64,000 nucleotides of DNA. Source: Candidatus Poribacteria bacterium (GTDB lineage: Bacteria; Poribacteria; WGA-4E; PCPOR2b). The notes beneath the pieces were generated by a model that worked only from the letters and a program-made list of their open reading frames with translations, had not been told where the DNA came from and ran no database searches. The stretch's first letter is position 1; the number at the start of each line of letters is the position of its first letter. The DNA is taken from positions 3,744,001 to 3,808,000 of the forward strand of contig OZ242326.1 of the NCBI GenBank assembly GCA_965208325.1. Reading direction: 5' to 3'. Of the stretch, positions 9,279 to 17,185 are shown piece by piece. Position numbers and translations under genes: made by a program.

Positions 9279-9979
9279 TGTTTGCTCCTTTTAACTGCTT
9301 TTGCACTATTGATTAAGCGCGTTGATAGTGCCGACGACACAACTTTGTTTGTGCCTTTGGCTTCTAGCTTTATCTCATTTTCCAAACTGCGTGCGGCTTC
9401 AGGGTTTTTCATAAACGCTTTTGCCAAATTAGCTGCCAAATCCAAAGACATCTTCATAGGCTTCGCCCTGTTGTTTTTGGCATATCTAAATTTGACATAA
9501 TCGTCTTTCACAAGCCGCTTGCCGTAGCGCTGCTTGTAAAGGCGCCGCCCGCCATAAGCGTAAGTCGTATGATACTTGTCGTCATCCCCTTTTTTCAAAA
9601 ACAACATCACTTTTTCACCGACAGTGAATTTTATGCCCGGGCTGGTTTCTTGCGTAAGCACCTCACCTGCACTGGGGACATACGCAGAGCCGTCTTCGTG
9701 CATAAATTTGATATGGGTATCACCTAAATTGGCTTCGCCCTTGATAAGCGTTTCAATGCGAAATGTAACATCGGTACAAATCGAATCAGTGCCGCTCTCA
9801 GTCACATCCTCCCGCCAAACACCCGTTAGCAATTCAACTGTACCAATTGCGACTATATCGCAATTCTCGATTGAGTTCAACAAGCCGTAAGACGGAATGT
9901 CTCGCCTTATGGCTGGCGTTCCCGCCTCGCACATACTCGCGCACAAAAGCGCAATCAACGCCACAAATACATACTTCAT
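9275..9979 (-). CDS. Secreted partner protein, array copy
   Basis: Start reassigned to MKYVFVAL. CDIVAIGTV, TDVTFRIETLIKGE, FTVGEKVMLFL, YGKRLVKD; ATGA overlap with the peptidase. Confidence 0.88.
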   Translation of the reverse strand: MKYVFVALIALLCASMCEAGTPAIRRDIPSYGLLNSIENCDIVAIGTVELLTGVWREDVTESGTDSICTDVTFRIETLIKGEANLGDTHIKFMHEDGSAYVPSAGEVLTQETSPGIKFTVGEKVMLFLKKGDDDKYHTTYAYGGRRLYKQRYGKRLVKDDYVKFRYAKNNRAKPMKMSLDLAANLAKAFMKNPEAARSLENEIKLEAKGTNKVVSSALSTRLINSAKAVKRSKQ

Positions 9980-10002
9980 CTGAAATTCTCCGTTTGTTAG
10001 AG

Positions 10003-10362
10003 TTAGTGAGGCTGCCCGAAGGCAGCCCGTCCTCGGTATGCTAACCACCGATATTGATACCCATATTTGTGGTGCAACGCGAATTTATCTTCGCATTCTA
10101 GAGTTTCTTTGTCGTGATTTTGGTTTGTAGCACCATTCATGGTATAACGTTGATACTCTGAACACTGCGTGACATATACGTCGCGCAGCCCGGCAAAATG
10201 CCCAAATTCGTGACTTAGCGTGTTGCGCATACAGTGATTAAACTTACCCCCATCCATTGGACAGCGAGGGATAGGATTTAAGGTGGAAACCGATGGGAAT
10301 TTGAACGTGCTTATGATGGGCATACAAGCTATTGCAATTACAACTAGAAATCTAACCAACAT
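10003..10362 (-). pseudogene. Internally deleted metzincin peptidase copy
   Basis: Signal peptide joined almost directly to HEFGHFAGLRD...YTM...LECEDKFAL. 119 aa versus ~230 aa for intact copies. Confidence 0.75.
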
Positions 10363-10365
10363 CTT

Positions 10366-11094
10366 TTATTCTTCTTCAGCAGTATCAAGTATTGTCTTTG
10401 CCCCTTGAGTTAAGCTAGTTACCATAGACTCCGAAACAACAACTTTGTCGCCAGAGCTCGCAACAGCCAATGTTTTGATTTGATCTTCCAGTAACTGAGT
10501 AGCATCTTTATCTATAAGTGATGCTTTGCCAAGGTTGACCGCCAAATCTAGTGGCATCTCGACAAGAATTGAAGATAGCCCGCCTTTGCTATATTGAAAT
10601 TTCACTTTATCGTTCTTAATCTTGCGTTTCCCATAAGTGCCAAAGCGTACATAGTAGCCGTCATGTGCATAATTAGCAAACATTCGTGTCGGTGTTTTAC
10701 CTAAGAACACCATTACATTTTCGCCAACCTTGAATTTGGGTCGACCGCTCATGTTCATTTGAAGCAATACGCCTGTCTGCGGATGGGCTGCCATTCCGCC
10801 AATTATCATAAATCTAATACAAGCCCCGTCTTGATAATTTGGCTCGCCTTTAATTTCCGAATCCACTTGGATAACAACGTCAGTCGTTATGATATTGCCG
10901 TCCCCAATGATACCACTGCGCCATACGCCTTGCGTTTGTATTACACTGCCCGACACAACTAGCAGGCTCTTATCGACCATTTTTACCAATGAACGTTTAT
11001 CAAGCAAATCTTCAGTGATGAATGTTGACGCATGAACCGTCGCTGAACCCAAAAGCATTATAAACAGAATCCAAACACAAAGTGTCTTTAACAT
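10366..11094 (-). CDS. Secreted partner protein, array copy
   Basis: Signal peptide; SLLVVSGSV, TDVVIQV..EIKGEPN, FMIIGG, FKVGENVMVFL, YGKRKIKNDKV. Confidence 0.88.
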   Translation of the reverse strand: MLKTLCVWILFIMLLGSATVHASTFITEDLLDKRSLVKMVDKSLLVVSGSVIQTQGVWRSGIIGDGNIITTDVVIQVDSEIKGEPNYQDGACIRFMIIGGMAAHPQTGVLLQMNMSGRPKFKVGENVMVFLGKTPTRMFANYAHDGYYVRFGTYGKRKIKNDKVKFQYSKGGLSSILVEMPLDLAVNLGKASLIDKDATQLLEDQIKTLAVASSGDKVVVSESMVTSLTQGAKTILDTAEEE

Positions 11095-11106
11095 TTTGGT
11101 TCTCCT

Positions 11107-11796
11107 TTATTCTAAGCCATACACATCGTGCATTGCCCATACTTCTTCACATTCAATATCTTCACGGTTATGGAGATTAGTTGAAGTTGGTTGCCACATC
11201 GAATATCTGCTATATTGGCTGCTGCATTGGTGGGCATTTGTCAAATCCAGAAATCCCGCAGCAAAATGCCCAAACTCGTGAGTGGCAACATCACGAATAC
11301 AGATTAAACTGCTGCCACCAGTTACGTGGTCTACGAACGGCGCATAATAATTGAACCCAATATCAGATTCAATAATCAGTCCTGTGCTCATAACAATATT
11401 CATACACGCCGCTGGAATATATTGATCGTCGTCACCCCATGGCAACTCGTCAGTCCAACCGACAATGTTATATCCATCGTTAATGAACGGGTTGTTACTC
11501 ATTTCACCGCCATTGGCGAACGCTATGTCAATTGTGCCGCCATTATAGGGTATTTCACTCCACTGAGAGGCGGCGTGATTTACGTCGGCTGCTAATGGCG
11601 GCATGTTAGGCATTGTTTCATTCATTTGGTATCGAACGGTGTCCGCCGTCCAAAATTCGCCGCTAATCATATCGTTTTCAACGTCTTCACAACTCTGGCT
11701 CTCATGGCAATCCGAACGGGTAATATCCAGATAACCAAACACCATAGCAATAAAGGCTACACAAACGAAAAGTGCAAGCTTAACTGACCGTTTCAT
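11107..11796 (-). CDS. Secreted metzincin (matrixin/M10-like) metallopeptidase, array copy
   Basis: Signal peptide, DCHESQSCED, NDGYNIVGW, IIESDIGFNYY, HEFGHFAAGFLD, YSM. Confidence 0.88.
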   Translation of the reverse strand: MKRSVKLALFVCVAFIAMVFGYLDITRSDCHESQSCEDVENDMISGEFWTADTVRYQMNETMPNMPPLAADVNHAASQWSEIPYNGGTIDIAFANGGEMSNNPFINDGYNIVGWTDELPWGDDDQYIPAACMNIVMSTGLIIESDIGFNYYAPFVDHVTGGSSLICIRDVATHEFGHFAAGFLDLTNAHQCSSQYSRYSMWQPTSTNLHNREDIECEEVWAMHDVYGLE

Positions 11797-11819
11797 TTAT
11801 TGATCCTCCTTTATTTTAT

Positions 11820-12777
11820 CATTCGCAATTAGCAGTTTCAAGCTTGTGCCTCAAACTATTTTCGGGTAAGTAGTTTTGACTTCCTCCCATTACAAATTCG
11901 TCGGAAGAAATCAGAACATCCAATTAAACAACGGCTAGGATATATATGCGAAGCATAAATTTCCATTCGTCAATTCAGCACATCACCCCCTTTCTTTTAA
12001 TGCCTGCTTTAGGTGAAGTACAGCTTGTTTCCATGATTCAAATGGATGTTGCAATGGCATAAATGGCTTTTCAATAGTCTGTATTACTTCTGGTTATATA
12101 CGGTTTGATGTCGTTTGGTTATCGTTGTAATCATTGTGGTCGACATCATCGTCGTGCATCGCCGACGGGGTCGCCGCCTCAACTTCAAAGTATTCCCCAA
12201 GTTGAGCAAGTACATGGTTCGCCCGGCGTTTCCAACCAGCATGCCATTGTTTGAATTTATCCGGTTTGAGGTCTACAAGACGTTGATAATGCGCTAGTTT
12301 CTCCTCATGGAATCGAGTAATCAACTCATTGTCGACATCCGGGTCGGATTGCAATTCAATTTCAACGGTTTTTTTCCATGTGGCGACCGCCCCGCTAGTG
12401 TTGCGCCCCCATGCACCGTCGTCAACGGCGCCCGCCATACGTTGAATAATCTTGACGGCAGCCTTGCCGGCATTTACAACGAAGTCGCTATAGATATATT
12501 GAAGAAATTCGGGCAGTTCCCATGTGTGATAGCGTTCAAGATAATCGACATAAAACGCCTCAACGATGTCTTGCCGTTTTAGGAGGCCTTCGACGGTCTC
12601 AGGCGCGTCCGGGAATCGGTCGAGGTTTTTGGGACGCCAGATCTCCCAGCTCTGTTTCGTGATACCGTCGCATGATATGCCGCCGACGTTCGCAGGTTCG
12701 CTACGGTTAATTCCCTTCTCGCTACCGATGATTAGCTGAATAATGTTTGTTCTGTCCATTTAATTTTAACCTCATTC
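11820..12777. repeat. Segmental duplication copy 2 (GH108 gene plus downstream region)
   Basis: Direct repeat of ~2283-3220; homology ends at aacctcattc just upstream of the GH108 start codon. Confidence 0.9.
12094..12759 (-). CDS. Glycoside hydrolase family 108 lysozyme/endolysin-like, copy 2
   Basis: Nearly identical protein to 2570-3202, with a few substitutions and a slightly longer C-terminus. Confidence 0.85.
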   Translation of the reverse strand: MDRTNIIQLIIGSEKGINRSEPANVGGISCDGITKQSWEIWRPKNLDRFPDAPETVEGLLKRQDIVEAFYVDYLERYHTWELPEFLQYIYSDFVVNAGKAAVKIIQRMAGAVDDGAWGRNTSGAVATWKKTVEIELQSDPDVDNELITRFHEEKLAHYQRLVDLKPDKFKQWHAGWKRRANHVLAQLGEYFEVEAATPSAMHDDDVDHNDYNDNQTTSNRI

Positions 12778-13365
12778 CGTTAGTTTATGCACGAGCGACT
12801 TCAACCTTTTTCGACCGCGGGCCAGTCGATTGTTCACGACTGCCTCGCTGAACCCCAACTCTTGAGCTATCTCCTTATGGCTCATACCGCTCAATCGTAG
12901 TAGTAATGGCTGCCGCTCTGAGTCGGGAAGTTGTTCGATTGCCCTTGCAAGCCTGTCCCGCATGTCGACGAGTTCTTGCTGTTGTTCATCGCGCCGATGT
13001 GCAAGCATTGCGGCGTCATTCGATACCTCCGCTTCATTGGCGTCGCGAGAGAGTGAAAGGCACTCAATCAGTTTTTGGCGTTCTCAATACGTCCTTGCTA
13101 TAATCTGAGATGCTATGCGGAACATCCAGTTTGCAAATTTTTCCGGTTTCTTAATTCGCCACAGATTCCGCGAGATGTCAATAAAGGTCTCTTGGACAAT
13201 GTCTTGAGCATCTTCTTGGTTGCGCATTTTATTGAAAGCGAACGAGAGTAGGGGCGATTCGTACCGACTATAGAGCAAGGAGAAAGCGTCCTTGTCGCCC
13301 TCCAAAACCTGACGCACCAATTCGGCGTCGCTAGATTTTTCGCCAGCTTGCATCCCACTCCCCAA
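12772..13365 (-). pseudogene. ECF sigma-70 factor interrupted by one in-frame TGA
   Basis: Region 2 (DAQDIVQETF...FANWMFRIA) and region 4 (AIEQLP...GMSHKEIAQELG...VNNRLARGR) share a frame across TGA at 13086-13084 (...ARTY*ERQKL...). Confidence 0.85.
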
Positions 13366-13799
13366 ATCTGCAAAAAGTGATTGGGGTGTTTACACCTTAC
13401 CATTGTAAACATGTATGACTATGTGGCTAAAATCTATCACTAAAAATGAAATTTTCTTTTCACGGGCATCGACTTGTAGGGCGATTTATGGTATGATTTT
13501 GCTCACGGAAAGAGCGTTGGGAGTGCAAAATCCAGATTTACGCGGATTCCCTTGAAGCGGTTAGGAAAGCCGAGTCTTGAGGCAGTGAACCTGCGAGGTT
13601 GGGAAGTGGGGGTTGTGTATTGCCAAGCTGTAGTTTTTTGTGAAGAAATTGCTCGGATGTATCCACTAAATTTTGAGTGATAGTTTGTTGAAGTTCTGAT
13701 GTTGCTTGTTACGGTCCTCTCCAAGTATTGATAAATTGCAAATAGGAGAAGGGCCGTTCTGATAGTTTTCTTTCAACAAGCCTATTTTTTTAAGCGGGC

Positions 13800-14366
13800 G
13801 TGCCGATGATCCCTGATGAAGTCTATGTTCAAAAAACTATCGAAGGGGATGTAGAATCATTTAATGAGCTTGTGCAGCGTCATCACACCAGAATTTTCGG
13901 GTTAGCTTACCGCATGCTGTCCAATCCTGAAGATGCGGCGGACGCAACACAAGAGGCGTTCTTGGAAGCGTATAAATCGATAAAATCGTTCCAATTCCAA
14001 TCAAAGTTTTCGACGTGGTTGTACCGAGTCGCAATCAATACGTGCCAACAATGCATCCGCAAATCCGACTCGCGTGCGCGTACGCTGTCGGCATACACAA
14101 AAAGCGTCGCAGAAAACGACGCGCAATATGACAGTGATTGTCCGGATCGGATTTTGGTGAAATCGGAGAGCGATCGGATGGTACAGGAGGCAATCAGCCA
14201 GTTGCCGCCTAAACAGCGGATAGTTGTTAGTCTATTTTACATGCAGCATCTCAAATATCATGAGATTGCCGAAGTGCTAGATTGTCCGGAAGGGACAGTG
14301 GCATCGCGATTAAATACGGCGATAAAGACCCTCAAGTCAAAACTGCAAAACCCGCATAACCTATAA
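13800..14366 (+). CDS. ECF RNA polymerase sigma factor (SigW/RpoE-like)
   Basis: DAADATQEAF, FSTWLYRVAIN, LPPKQR, YHEIAEVLDCPEGTVASRL. Confidence 0.95.
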   Translation: MPMIPDEVYVQKTIEGDVESFNELVQRHHTRIFGLAYRMLSNPEDAADATQEAFLEAYKSIKSFQFQSKFSTWLYRVAINTCQQCIRKSDSRARTLSAYTKSVAENDAQYDSDCPDRILVKSESDRMVQEAISQLPPKQRIVVSLFYMQHLKYHEIAEVLDCPEGTVASRLNTAIKTLKSKLQNPHNL

Positions 14367-14390
14367 TCTTTACGAAACGAGAGGACGGCT

Positions 14391-14921
14391 ATGGATCTCG
14401 ATTGCAAGCGTGTTATTGAAAATCTGAGTCTACATTCGAATCCGGACCTTTCTCACGAAGAGAGAGCTGAGTTCAAAATACATCTCGTTCAATGCCAATC
14501 CTGTCAGAAGGAATATGAGGAGATGTTGCATACGGCGGCAGTTCTTGAAAGCCTTCCTGCGCTCGATCCGCCGCCGGATCTCCTTGGGCGGACTCAAGAA
14601 CGGATTACCCGGGAACATCGGCGGCATGGTTTGGCGTTCTTTGCCAACCCGTTCGCCAGCATCCTTAAGTTACTGAAGCTGGATCCCCATCCGACTTTTG
14701 TCAACTGCACAGCCATGCTCTTTTACCTGATGCTCACAGTTTTTCTGGCGAAATTGACCTTTTTTGACACAACAGAGCCGACGCCGGTGAGCACACCCAA
14801 TAGGTCTTTGCACCCGGATGCACAGATTGTGGGTGTGCCGTTAGGTTCGATAAAGGCAACCGTACAGCGCATTGGGACTGAAGAAGAGTCCAAGGAGGGT
14901 TCAACAAACTTGAATAGATAA
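14391..14921 (+). CDS. Zinc-finger (ZAS) transmembrane anti-sigma factor
   Basis: HLVQCQSC (HxxxCxxC) motif and one TM segment; directly follows the ECF sigma. Confidence 0.85.
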   Translation: MDLDCKRVIENLSLHSNPDLSHEERAEFKIHLVQCQSCQKEYEEMLHTAAVLESLPALDPPPDLLGRTQERITREHRRHGLAFFANPFASILKLLKLDPHPTFVNCTAMLFYLMLTVFLAKLTFFDTTEPTPVSTPNRSLHPDAQIVGVPLGSIKATVQRIGTEEESKEGSTNLNR

Positions 14922-14991
14922 CTGGGTTTTCGCGTTATTGAATCAACACATTTCCAAATTGGCGACGAACATTAGTTATAGCATTTTTGTC

Positions 14992-15030
14992 AATAAGGCA
15001 CGGGTTGTGCAACCCGTGCCTTTTATTTTG
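14992..15030 (+). terminator. Intrinsic terminator after the anti-sigma gene
   Basis: aaggcacgggttg-tg-caacccgtgcctt followed by ttattttg. Confidence 0.7.
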
Positions 15031-15212
15031 TCTGTTCATTGTGCATTTTCACCGGATACCGCTTTTGAGTTGACCAATACATCTGTGAAGCAGTATAATT
15101 TCGCCAAAACCCCTAGTTGTTTGGGACCGCGAATTCAAAACGGCAACCGCGAGGGTTGCCCATTCAACAATTATGTTGCGTTCGATTCTCACGTTTGTAC
15201 GGTGTTTCGGCA

Positions 15213-16037
15213 ATGAATCTCCAACCCACGGATTTTATCCTAGAAATTGGGAGCGGACACAATCCGAAAATTCGATCCGATGTATTATGCGACAAATTTA
15301 TTGATGATGACACCCAGCGGGGAGGAAAGATCGTCGCAGATCGGCCAGTGGTTGAAGCCGATGGACAGTATCTACCATTTGCGGAGGCATCGTTTGACTA
15401 TGTTATTTGTTCGCACGTGTTAGAGCATGTTGAAAATCCCGACTTACTAATTTCTGAACTAATGCGTGTCGCCTCGCGGGGCTACATAGAAACACCGTCC
15501 GAGATTGCCGAGCGGCTTTACGGCTGGGAATATCATAACTGGGTTATCAATTTAATTGACGGTCAGTTAATCATCCAAAAAAATCTGGCCAAAAATCCGT
15601 TCGGTCAGCTTTTCCACACGCTTGCGGCTCGTGATAGAAATTTCGCCAAATTTCACATCGCCCACCATGACATCTTTCTCGTGAAGTATGAATGGGCGGG
15701 CAAAATCGACTACAAAATTCTCCCGCCGGATACATCGCCGCTTGATTTAGATTCACCCGAGACGATTGATACCATGCTAAATCGGGTCAATTGTGTACCA
15801 CTTTGGCAAAGGTGGTTGCGAGTTGCGAGAGGTTCCATTCCAAAACGGGTTGTGTTTAGGACAAAGACTTTTTTAGCCAAGCGGCGCATAACCCCGAAGA
15901 AAACGCTGCAAGAGATTGTTGTGTGTCCGGTTTGTAAAGGAACGGTAGAGTGGGAAACTCATCAAATCTGCTGCGGACACTGTGATATCAACTATCCCAT
16001 TGTCCGAAGAATTGCTCGGATGCGGCCTCCGGCGTAG
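15213..16037 (+). CDS. Class I SAM methyltransferase with C-terminal Trm112-like Zn ribbon
   Basis: ILEIGSG, LPF..ASFDYVICSHVLEHV; C-terminal CPVCKG...CGHC..YPI...I. Start moved to MNLQP. Confidence 0.85.
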   Translation: MNLQPTDFILEIGSGHNPKIRSDVLCDKFIDDDTQRGGKIVADRPVVEADGQYLPFAEASFDYVICSHVLEHVENPDLLISELMRVASRGYIETPSEIAERLYGWEYHNWVINLIDGQLIIQKNLAKNPFGQLFHTLAARDRNFAKFHIAHHDIFLVKYEWAGKIDYKILPPDTSPLDLDSPETIDTMLNRVNCVPLWQRWLRVARGSIPKRVVFRTKTFLAKRRITPKKTLQEIVVCPVCKGTVEWETHQICCGHCDINYPIVRRIARMRPPA

Positions 16038-16291
16038 TGAAATTAAAGAAACCGAGTTTTGAAGAAATAGTATCAAATGACCTGATGATAGTTGGAATGC
16101 GCGTGGTTACTGACTTCGAGCCATCATCAAATGAGCGAGTTATGTTGGCTTAATTAGCTTATCCGTCAAGAAATTCATTTGGTTTGGCTAGAAGCGTGAC
16201 AAAGTATACCAAAATGGCTATGGCGTGCCAAGCCGATGCCAAAGAAAGAGACGTTGTTTTCCCATGTCTAAGCAATAATAGGCGTATGCTG

Positions 16292-17185
16292 TCATTGCAA
16301 GTCTCCTGTAGGTTTGGAACTGGACGGCACGGTGTTATCTTTGCCGTCTTCCAAGTTTGCGTTGATGTCATTCAGCGAATGTTGAGGAATTAGGTCGAGA
16401 TATTGAGAGATGACGCGCTTGGAAAGTTTGGTAATCTGAGAGATTTTGTCAATGTCATCGGTAGCGGTGCGAACAATCTTAACGGACTCATAATCATGGA
16501 TGTATCGGTCAACAGCTTCTTTGGAGTGCTTGGTTTTGGCAGCAATGGTCGGAGTCAGGTGCCCTTGTAGATAAAGGGTAATAATCTCCTTCTTGTGTGT
16601 AATTGCCGCCGATAAATCGTGAATGTTGCCGCGAGTGGGCAAGATTTTTCCACTGGTGCTTTGCCACTCGTTGACATACTCACTCACTACTGGGTCGCGG
16701 ACGTTGAGCAACACAGCCAGGTCTAGTTGAGTCAACAATGCCCCTTGGTCATAGGCTTGATAACACCATCGCACCAATCGATGAATTCTGAGTTCACGAG
16801 AGCTGAAGCCGCTGTAATAGTGTTCAATGTCCTCGGGGGCCACAAAGCTTAAAACCACAGGCTTCATGCGGGTTTTAACGATTGACTTGGCTCTCTGTGG
16901 ATATTCGTCAATCGGCACAGCCATCCAAACCAGTTGACCATAGCTAAGCATTCGTTCATCAGGAAGTTGTTCTCCAGCGGCGAGTTTATCAAGTGGCAAG
17001 CGAATCAGGAAATAGTCTTCAATAGTTTTGACGATGTCATCGACAATGGCTTTGGCAGTCACTTCGCCTTTGTCATACCCATAGGAATTGATAAAGCGAT
17101 GAATCAGCAACTGCCGCAACGATTTATCATTGATACGTCTGATTTTCTTCTCGTTGATTTCGGTTCGAGTCAATGATTTACTCAT
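16292..17185 (-). CDS. DUF1670-like protein B
   Basis: R..R...QAYDQGALLTQLDLAVLL, PTRGNIHD...THK..II.LYL.G, T.HS..AVDRY; paralog of the upstream gene. Family name is from motif recall. Confidence 0.8.
   Translation of the reverse strand: MSKSLTRTEINEKKIRRINDKSLRQLLIHRFINSYGYDKGEVTAKAIVDDIVKTIEDYFLIRLPLDKLAAGEQLPDERMLSYGQLVWMAVPIDEYPQRAKSIVKTRMKPVVLSFVAPEDIEHYYSGFSSRELRIHRLVRWCYQAYDQGALLTQLDLAVLLNVRDPVVSEYVNEWQSTSGKILPTRGNIHDLSAAITHKKEIITLYLQGHLTPTIAAKTKHSKEAVDRYIHDYESVKIVRTATDDIDKISQITKLSKRVISQYLDLIPQHSLNDINANLEDGKDNTVPSSSKPTGDLQ

Noticed and set aside
1..11796. Integron cassette array
   Set aside because: No attC-like RYYYAAC...GTTRRRY palindromes between units, many genes overlap directly, and no integron integrase is in the window.
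7900..13365. Stop-codon reassignment or readthrough in the island (in-frame TGA at 8927 and 13086, TAA at 8178 and 8085, TAG near 3465)
   Set aside because: All three stop types occur, each is one substitution from a plausible sense codon (TGG, CGA, TAY), neighbouring intact paralogs end in TGA or TAA, and deletions and frameshifts co-occur. Ordinary pseudogenisation is the simpler explanation.
1..13400. Diversity-generating retroelement or retron driving array variation
   Set aside because: No reverse transcriptase is in the window, and no template/variable repeat pair with adenine-specific mismatches was seen.
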